From NCBI GenBank assembly GCA_043228905.1, contig JBHGNT010000003.1:1302001-1366000 (forward strand): 64,000 bases of DNA, written 5' to 3'. The stretch comes from Azolla caroliniana (Eukaryota > Plantae > Polypodiophyta). Of the stretch, positions 51,862-64,000 are shown piece after piece. Position numbers and translations under genes: made by a program. The notes below the pieces were generated by a model. The model was given only the letters and a program-made list of their open reading frames with translations. It made no database searches and was not told the origin of the DNA. Each line of letters starts with the position of its first letter. Position 1 is the first letter of the stretch.

Positions 51862-51980
51862 TTCGATATGCTACCAAACTATCGTTCGAAAAACTGCAAG
51901 AACAAGTGTAGACACGGGACGGGGTTTAGAACATGCATATGTACATTTATTTCTATGCATGGGAAGTTGGCAAGTCGTTG

Positions 51981-52178
51981 GAGCATGTATATTTGTTCTA
52001 GGAGCATGTATAATTGTCCTAGGGGCATGTATATTTGTTCTAGGAGCATGTATAATTGTCCTAGGGGCATGTATATTTGTTCTAGGAGCATGTATATTTG
52101 TTCTAGGAGCATGTATATTTGTCCTAAGAGCAGTTATATTTGTCCTAAGAGCAGTTATATTTGTCCTAGGAGCATGTA
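51981..52178. repeat. 21-bp minisatellite downstream of the type-B P450
   Basis: Same unit as 3341-3522. Confidence 0.9.
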
Positions 52179-53459
52179 AAGATTATAGGTTTAAGAACTA
52201 ATTATTTTTACAAAATTGACATTTAATTTATCTTTTATTAATCTAAAAGACAAATAACTTATAATGAATAAATAAACTAGTTGCCTAATGACAATTTGCC
52301 TACACAAACTCTAATATTTAGTCGTAATTCCACGACATAAACTTGTTGTTCAAATACTTTAGAACTTTTATTAATCTAAAAGACAAATAACTTATAATGA
52401 ATAAATAAACTAGTTGCCTAATGACAATTTGCCTACACAAACTCTAATATTTAGTCGTAATTCCACAACACAAACTTGTTGTTCAAATACCTCTCATGGT
52501 TTAGAACTTGGTTGATTCTACCTTTCTTTCACTCACACTTGCACTTTTTCACTACATTGATATTTAGGAGGGGCAAATTTGTGGGGACACCAAAGATGGA
52601 ACTTGACTACTTCCTGTCGGTTATCAATCCCAAAGTAGCTTTAGACAACGGGCAACCCTTCCCCAAGGGCCAATACTAGATACCAAAGATGTTACCATCT
52701 TCTATTCAAATCTAGGACCTTTTACTTTTGTAGTAATCTCTACCCACACGTTTCACTGAAAGATCTTGCTCAAGTTGGTGATCAAGAGTTCAAGGATTTA
52801 TAGTGAAGTTTAAGGATTGTTGGGGATAAAGTCTCCACGGAATTTCCTTTTTCTTCTATATTCCGACCCTTCGATGTCAAAGCTCCCTTTGAGAGGTTTA
52901 AAGACATAACTTTACTATATTTTTGGCCCCAATCTGGGGGGGTTATAGGCATTAACATTATCTTTATAACTTTTGGTCATTGGCCATGTGTGAAAATGCC
53001 CAAATGACCTAAAAGTCACTTATCAATAAGAACAACTCCCCAATCTCTCACAACGAGATAGGGACTTTTGGCATCTAGGTTCTTCTCTCCATTTTCCTAA
53101 ATAGTTTTCTCTACTTTCTTTCTCCTCACACAACAACCCACTTCCTTGTTGTCCTAGAGCAACTCACCAGGCCATCACATATCTTTTAACTGGTATTAGA
53201 GCCAAAGAGTTTCATTGCAAAGAATCTATGTCTCATCAAGTGATTGTGCACATGACAATATGTGGTTTGACCTTTTCGGTGACTTTTTTTTTGCAAACTA
53301 CTAAATACAAACACGACTACTACCTTTTCTAATCTTAAAAGCTTGTTTGAGATAAAAAAATATTGAAGATAGTGTTTCTGATTTATTAAAAGAGAGGATG
53401 TTAGACTTGAAAATTGTGAAGGGGTACTTTTTGAAGTCAAGCCTGAAGATACGATAGTT

Positions 53460-54014
53460 TGTTGGGAAACAGGTCCCTCCGGATGGGAAGAAGAGAACGA
53501 ACTAAATCTAGGACACAAGGGTAATTCGGCCTCGGTCGAGATCGAAATCGATTTAATAGCCGATTTGGACAACTAAATTTGTAAATAGTCCAAATGTGTC
53601 CTTTGTGGGCTATACTTATAAATAACTAGAAAGTTGTTTTAGTATATAAAAAACTAGGGCAAACTTTAAGTGAGTGTTGATCATTGTTGTATAGTTAGTC
53701 TGAGAAGGTAGTTGCCTCTGTAACTTAGGTGAGAGAGAGTGTGTGAGTGTAACTTTGTAACCGTCAAACAAACGAAGAAGATCTTGAGGTTGTTGCCTCC
53801 GAGTTCTTTATTGTACCTCCTCTCTTTTAGTGATCAGTTTGGAGTTAGTGGACTCCCCGTGGTTTTTCCCTTTCGGGTTTTCCACGTTAAATATCTTGTG
53901 TCTTTCTACTTGTTTTTCCCGCCTTCACATTTTTCTGTCTGTGCATTGTCTTTGTTGATCTTTGTACCCGAATGTTCAAAGTAAAACCGGTTGTGATTGG
54001 TCACGATCCTAACA
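53460..54014 (+). mobile_element. Solo copia-type LTR (555 bp)
   Basis: TGTTGGGA...CCTAACA; absent from the paralogous site at about 4668; related to 31539-32283; TSD unclear. Confidence 0.85.
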
Positions 54015-54761
54015 GATGTAACATGGATGAAACTAAATAAGAATGTCATTACTGACATAAAGATGGTTATATCATATGAGATCTTAACCACAACTGCTTT
54101 TGAGATATGAGAGAAGTTAAAAGCTACTTATGAAATTATCACGCCTTAAAATCAAGTGCATCTCATACGTAAGCTACTGCATAAGCAATTCGATAAGTAG
54201 AAAACTACAGTTGAGCACTTATCTGCCTTTATAGGTAGTGTCTCACAACTGCAACACTCCCGATTACATTCATTTGATGATAAGCTTAAGGCTGTCTTCT
54301 TGTTGATGACCTTACTTGTTTTGTGGTCATTCAACTCTCTTTTTAATGAGGAAATCAAGAGGAAAGTTGGCGGAGAGGGAAATGGTTCAGTCAATACGGC
54401 AAGAGGAAGAACAAGAAGAAGAACACAAATGACAAGAAGAAAAAGGATAGCGAGGATGAAACACATAACAACTTTTAAGGATAAATGACAAAGACAAGGC
54501 CATTATGGTTTCTAGTGTAATCATTGAGGAGCAATCAAATGTAGAAGATACACTTTGTGCTATTACGACAGCAAATCATGTTGAAGTTAATGATCTTCTG
54601 TTAATTCTCCTGCACAAAATATATAGATTTCAAAGAGGGATCTAATTGATGTCTTGCTTACATTGAATGATGCTTTGTCAAAAACATGTGCATCCTTTCA
54701 TATTACTTTGATTGAGGAGTGCTTTACTACCTTTCATGTAGACAACCATGGAGATATATAT

Positions 54762-56168
54762 TGTGGTGTGCATGTAAGCCATTGTGCCACTCTTTTAGCA
54801 CACCCTTTTTAGGATGTATGTACTTAAGCCGACCCATCCTTTTAGCACACCCTTTTAAGCTAAGCCAACCCAAATGGGTACCTTTGTATAAACTATAAAT
54901 TGAGTAAGAAGTAAGAAGCTAACTAGACTGGTTTTGATCTCTTATGTGCATTTCACATATTGGTGGAGATGACGGGTACCACTCCCCCACGTCTAAGCAT
55001 CCGCCTCTTCCCCCTCAACTTCTTGTCCCACGAGTTCGTAGGTAGCATCGTACTCGCCACCATCATCGATACTCTTGTTAGTCTCTTGTAGTAGTATCTC
55101 TTCCATTAGCATGCCTTAGTTCAATAGTTAGGCCTCTCGACATCCATCGCTTCCTCCATCAAAGTCTTTTTTTGCGATCGCCATCTATACCTCTCTAGCA
55201 CGCAAGCCCACTACACCTTCACCTTAGACACTCTCACTTTCTCACACCACTTTTATGTCTTGCCCCACCAACTCTTCCCCCCCACCTTAGGTTTCCCACT
55301 AACTTCTTGTCCCATGAGTTTCTCCAATCCCCCTCCTACACGATAGCCCTCCTGACCCCCACCTCAGCCAAGTCCAGGTGGCCCTCAGTCCACAGGAGGG
55401 ATTGATCTTCGCTGCCATATGATCTTTCCTCGATCCCCCTCCAACACGATAGCCCTCCTGTCGCCCACCTTAGCAAAGTTCAGGTGGCCCTCAGTCCACA
55501 GGAGCGATTGATCTTTGCCTCCATATGATCTTTCCTCGATCCCCCTCCAACACGATAGCCCTCCTGTCCCCCACCTCAGCAAAGTCCAGGTGGCCCTCAG
55601 TTCACATGAGCGATTGATCTCTATTTGTCGATTACTAGCTCGTTTTCCGTTACTAGCCCTGTCCAACTCTAAAGGCCAACAATTCCATGGGGATGTCCTC
55701 AACGTCGTTGCAGCTCAACTACATGTCCAATAGATGTTTACATTCCCACACCATCTTCACCGAACGCCTCAACAAGACCCTCAAGCAAGAGGTTGTCGCA
55801 CGAATCAGCCCTTTTAGAGCACTCTATGGGCGTGATCCTCACCTACCACCAGAATCGTCCATTGATGTCCATTCTGAACCTACCAACATGCCACCCTAGG
55901 CCCATCTTCTGACCCCCATCCTTTCCCCATGTTGTAAACCTCCTTGTTTCGCTTAGGGGGGGAAATGTGGTGTGCATGTACGCCTTTGTGCCACTCTTTT
56001 AGCACACCCTTTTTAGGATGCATGTACCTAAGTCGACCCACCCTTTTAGCATACCCTAAACCCTTTTAAGCTAAGCCAACCCAAATGGGTACCTTTGTAT
56101 AAACTATAAATTGAGTAAGAAGTAAGAAGCTAACTAGACTGGTTTTGATCTCTTATGTGCATTTCACA
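54762..56168 (+). mobile_element. 1.4-kb non-autonomous gypsy-derived mini LTR element (TRIM-like)
   Basis: LTRs 54762-54957 and 55966-56168; PBS tggtggagatg at 54961; PPT agggggggaaa; ATAT TSD; integrase scraps ERLNKTLKQ and SPFRALYGRDPHLP; three internal repeats of about 105 bp at 55339-55620. Confidence 0.9.
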
Positions 56169-56241
56169 ATATCTTGGAAAGAACCAAGCTTATTCTATTT
56201 AAGGCATTATTGGCACAATGCATCTCACAATGGATGGTACT

Positions 56242-56601
56242 TGTTGAGCGGCAAGCTCAACCGAATCCGGATCGGCTGAATAAGCCTGAGCCGGATCAGT
56301 GGCACCCGGAAGGATGAGCCGGATCGGTGAGCCGGTGAGCTGGGGAGCCAGTTAGCCGGATCAAGTAGTAACTGGAAGCCTAGTAGCAGCCTAGACTACT
56401 AGGTAGTTAATGTCTCACAGTTAGTGTCAGACGCTCGTGTGAACATTGAAGTACATTGTACTTCTGTTATTCCTCTTAGGACTTGTATAAATAGTGATGT
56501 TGAGCACGTTGTATGTGCAGAGAATTTTACAGAGTTGTTGATAATAGATTTTAGTTGTTCTGCTCTTTCTCTGTCTCTCCTGCGTACCTTTGGTGTGTTA
56601 A

Positions 56602-56642
<41 letters not shown>

Positions 56643-59600
56643 ATGTTGCTATCCGGCTAAGCCGGTTGTCTAAAGCTTCCGCACCTTCATTTTTACATGG
56701 TATCAGAGCGCGAGGGTTGAGAACCTCTGCAGCCGACATCAGCATCTGAAGACAAACCCTAAGACCCATTAAGAACAGAAAGAGAAGTGATGGACAGAGG
56801 AATGGCTAGCTCGCTCTCGATGGAGAAGCTCGACAGATCCAACTACGCATCTTGGTCATACAAGATGCACCAGTACCTGCTTGGGCATGGTTACTGGAGC
56901 TATGTTGATAGAGCTAACGACATAGCACTTGATGCGGCACACAAGGACTTCCCAGTGTGGGAACAAGCGGCAAGCAGAGTGATGTACTGCTTCGCGTCAA
57001 GTGTCAAAGACTAGCTGCTGAGCCATGTCCGAGATGCCAAGATGCCAAGATGCCAAAAGAAGCTTGGGGAAACCTAAAGAAGGTTTTCGCGGCAAGAACT
57101 ACGGCCTGGAAGTTGTAACTCCGACAAGAGTTGAGCAATGTCCGATAGAAGGACATGTCGGTAGCTGAATACACGACCCGAATCAAAGAGATTTGTGACT
57201 CACTTGCCTCTATCAACGTCACTGTAGAGGAAGATGAGATGGTGCAGATCTCTCTTGGGGGCCTAAGGTCTAAGTTCAGAGTGTTCTGAATGGCGGTATG
57301 TACAAGGGAGAATACACCGTCATTTTTCGACTTACAATCGATGCTCCTTGTAGAGGAGAACCACGTCGATGCGTCAATAACTGCACCCACCGACAACCAG
57401 ATGTTGTACACGGAGGCGGATCGGCCCCGTGGGCGTGGTGGACGAGGCGGGTCAACTCGCAATGGTAGCAGCCGGCAAGAGCAGGACCGAAGGCACAGAG
57501 AACGTGCCGACAACAGTTCCGGACCCTCTGCAAGCAGGGGAAGTCAAGGCGACGCCGGAGGCCGGCAAGCAAAGGCCGACACAGAATGTTGGTACTGTGG
57601 TAAAAAGGGCCACAGAGAAAGCGAGTGCTGGAAGAAGTGCACCGATTCGGACAGATCCGGATCCGGCAAGGCCAACAGAGAGAACTGGCAATACTCGCAC
57701 TACGCGGAAGGATCAGGAGGATTCAAAACCGGAAAAGTCGGTAAAGGGCCAGCCTTGGTGATGAAACATGAGGCTAACTCGATGAAGAAGACCACTTCCA
57801 AATCGGAGGAAGTGTGGTACGTTGATTGGTGCGTCGAATCACATGACGAGCCACAAAGAGTGGTTCTCCTTCTTGAAGAAACCGGAACAACCGGGAGTCG
57901 TCGAAACCGGAGACGACACTCCTCACCCAATCGTGCATGTTGGAGAAGTCCCTTTGAGCCACGTCAGACAAAGGGGGAAGCTGATGAACGTATTACACGT
58001 TCCGACTCTCACGAAGAACCTGGTGTCAGTCGGTTAGATTGTTGACCAGGGGATGCAGGTGCGGTTTAAGCACCTTGGGTGCTTCATCGAGGAAGAGGGC
58101 CAGATTATTGCGCAAGGGTGCAGAGATGGGAGGATGTTCATCCTCGACACCAATGACGTCGGCACCACTTTGTTCGCCAAAGGACAAAAGATTGAATCGG
58201 ATATTGATCTTTGGCACAAGCGGATCGGCCACGTCAATTACTGAAGGTTTCAAGACCTACAAACGAAACAAGTTGTTTTCGGTTTGCTGAAGTTCAATGG
58301 TCGGAAGGTCCAAATATGTGAAGCCTGCCAACTCGGGAAGCAACAACGGCTTCCATTCCCCACCGAATGAAACCCTAGCCGTAACAAGCTCGACCTTATT
58401 CATTCGGATGTAATATGGGGACCAACATAGAACGTTAGTCTTGGTGGGAGTCGATACTTCGTTTCCTTCATTGACGACTACAGCCGACACACGTGGATCT
58501 ACCTCATCGAGAGGAAGAGCGAATTCTTCGAGTGTTTCTGGAACCTTCAAAGTTTGGTTGAACGGGAAACAGAGAGGAAGATCAAGTGCCTGCGGTCGGA
58601 TGGCGGAAAAGAATACTTTTCCGGGCAATGCTGGAGGAGAAGAGCATGCCCCATTTCTACTGGGCGGAGGCGGTCCGGACGGCTATGTATATCCAAAACC
58701 GGATCGGTGAGTCTGATCGGAGCAGATTCGACTCCGAAAAAGAAGAAGGCGGATCTTCAGCAATGAAGACCGAACCGGCCAAGAAGGGCCTCAAACCGGG
58801 TAACGATAAATTACGCCGATCTTCCCGTCAGAAGAACCCCGTGAAGCGGTACGGGTACAATGAGTACATGTCGCATCACTATGCATACATGACCAAGGTG
58901 GCGGCAGTGTGTGAGCTAGATAGCTACGCAGAAGCGGCAAAGGACGCAAATTGGCATGCCGCTATGGAGGAAGAAATGCGGGCACTTGATGCCAATGACA
59001 CATGGGACCTACTTGACCATCCCCTACACTGTAAACTGATCGGATGTAAGTGGGTGTACAAGGTAAAGTGCAATGGGGACGGTTCGGTTAACCGGTACAA
59101 GGCCCGGTTAGTGGCGAAGGGATACGCTGTAGTGAAGATTCCAGGCCATAGAGAGAAATCAAGGAATATCGGAAGAATCAGCGGGGTGCATCATGTGCAC
59201 TCATCCCTGTACAAATTGTGTAAATTATAGGGCGCCATTATGGCGCCAGACAGTAGTTAATTCAGGACAGAGAATCCCATGTAATAAGGGATTTATCTCA
59301 CATTGTTATGTATCCCTTTCCTTGTTCTATAAAAGGAAGGGAGCGCCCTTTGTAAAGGGGTTGCCCGTTTTGAGTTAGGAGGGTATACCGTTAGATTTAG
59401 GTTTAGGTAGTTCCTCTTATTCTTACTTCATTCTAGGGTTTCATCTTAGTAATTTCTCTTCTTCTTCTCCTCCTTCTTAATCGTGTGGGGTCGAGATTTC
59501 GTGTCTATTTAGGGTTTGTTTCTGCTCGGTCTCCTATGCAAGACCCCGCTCGGCGCGATGAGCCTGAGAGCTCCCCGATCTGCGGCTTGGCAGCAGACTG

Positions 59601-62129
59601 TTGTTGTAACCTAACCCACCTTGGCCCGGCTCGAAGCCGGGGTTGTATCTTCCTCTTGTAATATATATATATGTTTGGTTGTGCACATCCGCGTCTCTAA
59701 TGGTGTCGGGTGTTTCCGCCCCTTTTGTTTTTTATACATAAGAGTTGATGGCGCGCAAGCTCTCTCTCTCACTCACTCTCGCGTGTTCGGTAGCCTCTGG
59801 TACGTGTCTAGAGTCGGTTTCCTGGCATCCCTCTCTTCCTTGTCCGTGACCCCCACGGAATCGACTACGACGAGACCTTCGCTCCGGTAGCAAAGATGAT
59901 GACGGTTCGTGTGGTGCTGGCGGTTGCTGCGGCAAGGGGGTGGCATCTTCACTAGATGGACGTGAAGAATGCATTTCTTCAAGGCGATCTTGAAGAAGAG
60001 GTCTTTATGACCCAACCCCCCAGTTTCCAGTCGGAGATGAACAAGTCGGCGGTATGCCGACTGAAGAAGTCACTTTATGGCCCCCAAGCTTGGAATGCGA
60101 AGATCACACACCAGTTGCGTAAGATGGGGTTTGCGACATCCAAGTCCGACTCTTCGTTGTTCATCCGGCAAGGTCCGGACCTTCCGGTTTGCATCTTGTT
60201 GTATGTTGATGATTTAGTTATCACCGGACCCGGACTCGGTGAAATCAGCCAAGTCAAGTCCCAGTTGTCGGACGCATTTGAAATGAAGGACTAGGGGGAC
60301 CTTCACTATTTCCTTGGGATCGAGGTGATCCGAACCCCTGATGGCATATTGCTCTCACAAAGACACTATGTGTTGAATATGCTATACAAGTTCTGCATGA
60401 CGGAATGCTGACCGATCTCCACACCCCTGGACCGGAACTAGAAGCTCTGTCCCAACTTCAGACCGGTTTGCAATGAGAAACGGTTCCAACAAATCGTCGG
60501 AAGCCTTATATATTTGACAATCACCCGACCCAACATTAGTTATCCAATTGGCGTGATCAGCCAATATATGCAGAAGCCGACCATGAAGCACCTTTTGTGC
60601 GTGCATTGAATTTTGCGATATGTGAGCGGCACGAAGGATTAGGGACTGTTATACCGGCATGGTATAATCGAAGAGCTAGTCGGCTACACCAATGCCGACT
60701 AGGCCAACGATGCATAGGATCACTGATCCACCTCTGGCTATATGTTTTCCCTTGGTAGCGTGGCTGTTGCATGGAGCAGCAAAAAACAGCCAACAATGGC
60801 CCTTTCGAGCACTGAGGTTGAATACCGGGGCGCTATCGTTGCCACCTATGATGCCATTTAGCTTCGGCGACTACTGCAAGACCTGCGGATCGAGGTGTCG
60901 ACCCCGATCTTGATCTACTGCGAAAACATAAGTAGCATGCAGCTCGCCAAGAACCCCGTATTCCATGCTCGCACAACGCACATAGAAGTGCACTACGACA
61001 TTGTGCGTGAGTGTGTCCTGAGCGGTGAAGTCAAACTTCAGTATGTTCATACGGATCGGCAAGTTGCCGACATCTTCACCAAACCGCTCCGATCGGACAA
61101 GTTGCAACACTTCAATGAAATAATTGGTGTTCAACATCTCGACATGCCACACTTGAGGGGGAGAACGGGCAAAGACACTGGAATGGGAAAAGGCAAAGAA
61201 ACTATCGATTGCGCCGGTGAGGAAGAATCGACAAAGGGAGAGACAAGAAGAAGAAAGGAGCCGAGTCAACAAAGGAAATTGACACATCCGAACAAGTTGG
61301 AACAAGCGGCAGCGGCAACAGAGTCAAGAAGTACAAGGCCGACTGGAAGAAGAAGGCCAAGACCCGGACATGGTCCAATATGGTGAAGGGCCTAGAACCG
61401 GAAGACGAATCGGGAGCGACCGATTCGGTCAAGAGCTGGAACGAATCAGAGAAAGCCGATTCGGTTCAAAAGACGGATTTGGGAGAACCGGATCAATTCA
61501 AGGCCAACACGAAGGAATCGGCGAATCGGCAAGCGCTGCAGTCACAACAACAAGGGAGCTGAATTGGGCCTGTTGAGCAAACAAGCTGACCAAGGAGGTC
61601 GAGGTGCGCATAATCAAAAGGGTCGCGGCAAACAGAACCGGACCAGATGAGGAGCGCGAGCAAGGTGGAGTGACACTACGATCCGACCTCAAGTTGAGCT
61701 TGAGGGGGAGTGTTGAGCGGTAAGCTCAACCAGATCTAGATCGACTGAATAAGCCTGAGCCAGATTGGCATCCGTAAGGATGAGTCGGATCGGTGAGCCG
61801 GTGAGCAAGCGAGCCGGTGAGCTATATTAAGCAGTAATCGGAACCCTAGTAGAAGTCTAGACTACTAGGTAGTTAATGTCTCGTAGTTAGTGTCAGACGC
61901 TCGTGTAAGCATTGAAATACACTGTACTTCTGTCAGTCCTCTTAGGACTTGTATAAATAGTGTTGTTGAGCACGTTGTATACATAGAGAATTTTACAGAG
62001 TTGTTGATAATAGATTTAAGTTGTTCTACTCTTACTCTGTCTCTCCTGTGTGTAATCTCTCTCTCTCTCTCTCTCTGTTGCTATCCTGCTAAGCCGGTTA
62101 TTTAACACTTCCGCACCCTTGTTTTTACA
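56242..62129 (+). mobile_element. Ty1/copia retrotransposon with two LTRs (56242-56697, 61711-62129), decayed
   Basis: PBS tggtatcagagc at 56698; gag knuckle CWYCGKKGHRESEC; protease GASNHMT; LWHKRIGH; integrase HSDV; RT YKARLVAKGY, MDVKNAFL, YVDD; RNase H WSSKKQ; PPT gagggggag at 61702. Confidence 0.93.
59128..59850. mobile_element. About 720-bp LTR-like insertion interrupting the copia RT
   Basis: RT breaks after AKGYA and resumes at [14 protein letters not shown]; the insert starts TGTAG and contains tataaaagg; no clean TSD. Confidence 0.7.
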
Positions 62130-62397
62130 ATCCTCACGTTGCTCTGTATAGGCCATGAAACCGGCTGCGCTTCTGTAGCCACCATAGCCTGCAAATATCT
62201 TGCATCTAATACCGAGATAATGGATGAGGTTTACAAAGGTTTCTTTATGGCCCGCCAAATCATTCTCAATTCTTGATCAGTACACATAAAGTTTGATGAT
62301 TTGAATGTGTTTTTTGTTGTGCTCAGAGAACAAGGAGATCACGGCAAGCAAGGCCCTCGGTGAGCTTTTGAATTGGAGTGACATACAGAAGATGAAG
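62130..62397 (+). pseudogene. P450 fragment (I-helix end of exon 1, intron 1, start of exon 2) joined to the 3' flank
   Basis: ILTLLCIGHET.. and ENKEITASKALGELLNWSDIQKMK, followed by sequence matching 43860-44060. Confidence 0.88.
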
Positions 62398-62807
62398 TGA
62401 CATGTTATCCGTCAAACATGATAGTAAAAATTTCTCTTTTCTTTTTCGTGATAATACAATTATATACCTAAATTCTTGTGAAAAACACTAGAAATGGTGC
62501 CATAATTTAGTGGTTGGACATGTTGTAGGCAATATCAAGATGAACACTTTCTTTGAGAAAATAATTTTAGCTTGGTCAAATAAAGAAAATTACCACATTT
62601 ATACTCCATCTTTGAGAGTAAACTGTAGTAAAAATATGTCCTCAAAAGCTTTCACATGGAAGGGTTAAAATATACGAAAAAGGAGAGCCTAGATGCATCC
62701 CTATGCCACCACTGAAAAGAAGGAATGTGAATGGAGTGGGATGGATCGAACATGTGTGCGGCTACCAAAAAATACTTTGGGTCGATGGGTGGAGTTCAAG
62801 TTGATCT

Positions 62808-62952
62808 CTTATGAACATGAGGAGTGTGAGTTCGACATAGATCCTGTATCTTTGGAAGGGTTCAGGCAGCAGGAATAGCACAATGGTAGTCTGTATTGTA
62901 TGCAATTGGCAAGAGGATTCATTCCCAAAGGCCGAAACAATGCTAATGGCCC
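62808..62952 (-). pseudogene. Second inverted P450 exon-1 remnant
   Basis: Homologous to 13119-13262. Confidence 0.7.
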
Positions 62953-62957
62953 ATGAG

Positions 62958-63021
62958 TTGGCATTCCCATTTGTTGTTTCGTGAGAAGGTATTCATATTG
63001 AGAGTCATGATTAGTGGGCTC
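62958..63021 (+). mobile_element. Small fragment of the same LINE family as 44200
   Basis: gttggcattcccat...aaggtattcata..gagagtcatgatt.gtgggctc matches 44374-44438. Confidence 0.7.
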
Positions 63022-64000
63022 TGATAAGGTTCAATATTAAATAGTTGAGGACTAGGGTTATGGATGTTGTCGTGAAGGATTCTGGCCATAGGAAGAAAGG
63101 AGAGCAGGATGCGCGTGAACGGGTGTGTGCAAGGATGTGCACTAAGGAGGCTTTTGTATATATAAAGAACAAATGTAAATATTGAAGTATAATAAGTACT
63201 AGTCTATATGATTTAGATGGGTACTTTAATGTCCCACAGAAAGAGAGGAATAAAGTGTGGGAAGAAAGAAAATCGTGGGGATAGATCCCCGAGGAAAACA
63301 ACTGACTTGATGACTGATGGAATGGCCTCTCCTTGAGCTATAAAAGGATCCGAGGATCGAGAGAGAGAAGGGATCCATCGTTTTGGGAGAACGAAGTGCT
63401 GTCGGATTGAGCTTTGCAGGTTCCGTTGTCGTGAAGATTTTCGGCAATAGTGTGAAACTTGTGACGAATATACGAAATCGAGTGTGGTTCTTCTCATGAA
63501 ATATAAAACAATAATAGTGAAGATACTATTTAAATAAGTTTAATATCTTCATACAAACATATAGAGGTCTTGAAGAGCTTTTAAATGCACTTTACTACGC
63601 AGAAAACAGACATCTAAATGTCAAGTTATGTGGGTATAAAGTTTGCAAAGAAGAAGAGAAAAATAAAACAATGTGATATCCCACATAGATAGGACAAATA
63701 AGGATCCCACCATATATAAGGCAGAGTAAAAGCTATAATCCTTGTGTCTATGTGTGGAGCATAGAAAGGTTAAATTGTATGACTTAATGAATGGATGTAG
63801 CGAAATGTATATAACTATGTGTTTTGGACGGATCTGGCAACAACATCCGGTGACAACAAGACCAGCGACGGATCCGACAATAGCATCTGACATCATCCGG
63901 CGACGAAAATTGATAGAGCCGGTGAGATTGGCGACAACAACCAATGGATCCGGCGAGACCGGCGATGGCAGCCGACGGATTCGGCAAGGGCATTCGGAAT

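Larger units (their letters stand above)
52818..56241 (+). mobile_element. Paralog of the old copia at 4033-5750, carrying two nested insertions
   Basis: Collinear with 4033-5522; PBS tggtattagagcc at 53191. Confidence 0.75.

Noticed and set aside
63012-63030. Minus-strand tatcagagccc as a copia PBS
   Set aside because: Formed by the junction of a LINE fragment (gtgggctc) with unrelated downstream sequence.
63830-64000. GATCCGGCGA-like short repeats at the window end
   Set aside because: Truncated by the window edge; too little sequence to classify.

Overview
Eukaryotic land-plant genomic DNA; the TE complement looks fern/non-angiosperm-like, which is inference only. The window is a tandem array of CYP85-clan, CYP716-related cytochrome P450 genes undergoing birth-and-death. 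Three copies look intact with a 3-exon structure (279-1957, 41725-43395, 50170-51861). At least ten further copies are pseudogenes or fragments, two of them inverted. The array is built from segmental duplications and is packed with nested TEs: several Ty1/copia elements and solo LTRs, an Athila-like Ty3/gypsy element, a 1.4-kb gypsy-derived mini-element, L1-type LINEs and several tandem repeats. The most unusual signals are: (i) a gypsy Pol whose integrase continues in frame into a second retropepsin-like protease domain; (ii) a LINE family that repeatedly sits in (GA)n microsatellites; (iii) an array of 25-bp palindromes at 31/41-bp spacing with spacers in both orientations; (iv) a tRNA-Ala-primed mini-retroelement with 4-bp ATAY target duplications. 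All coordinates were read by eye and no database searches were run.
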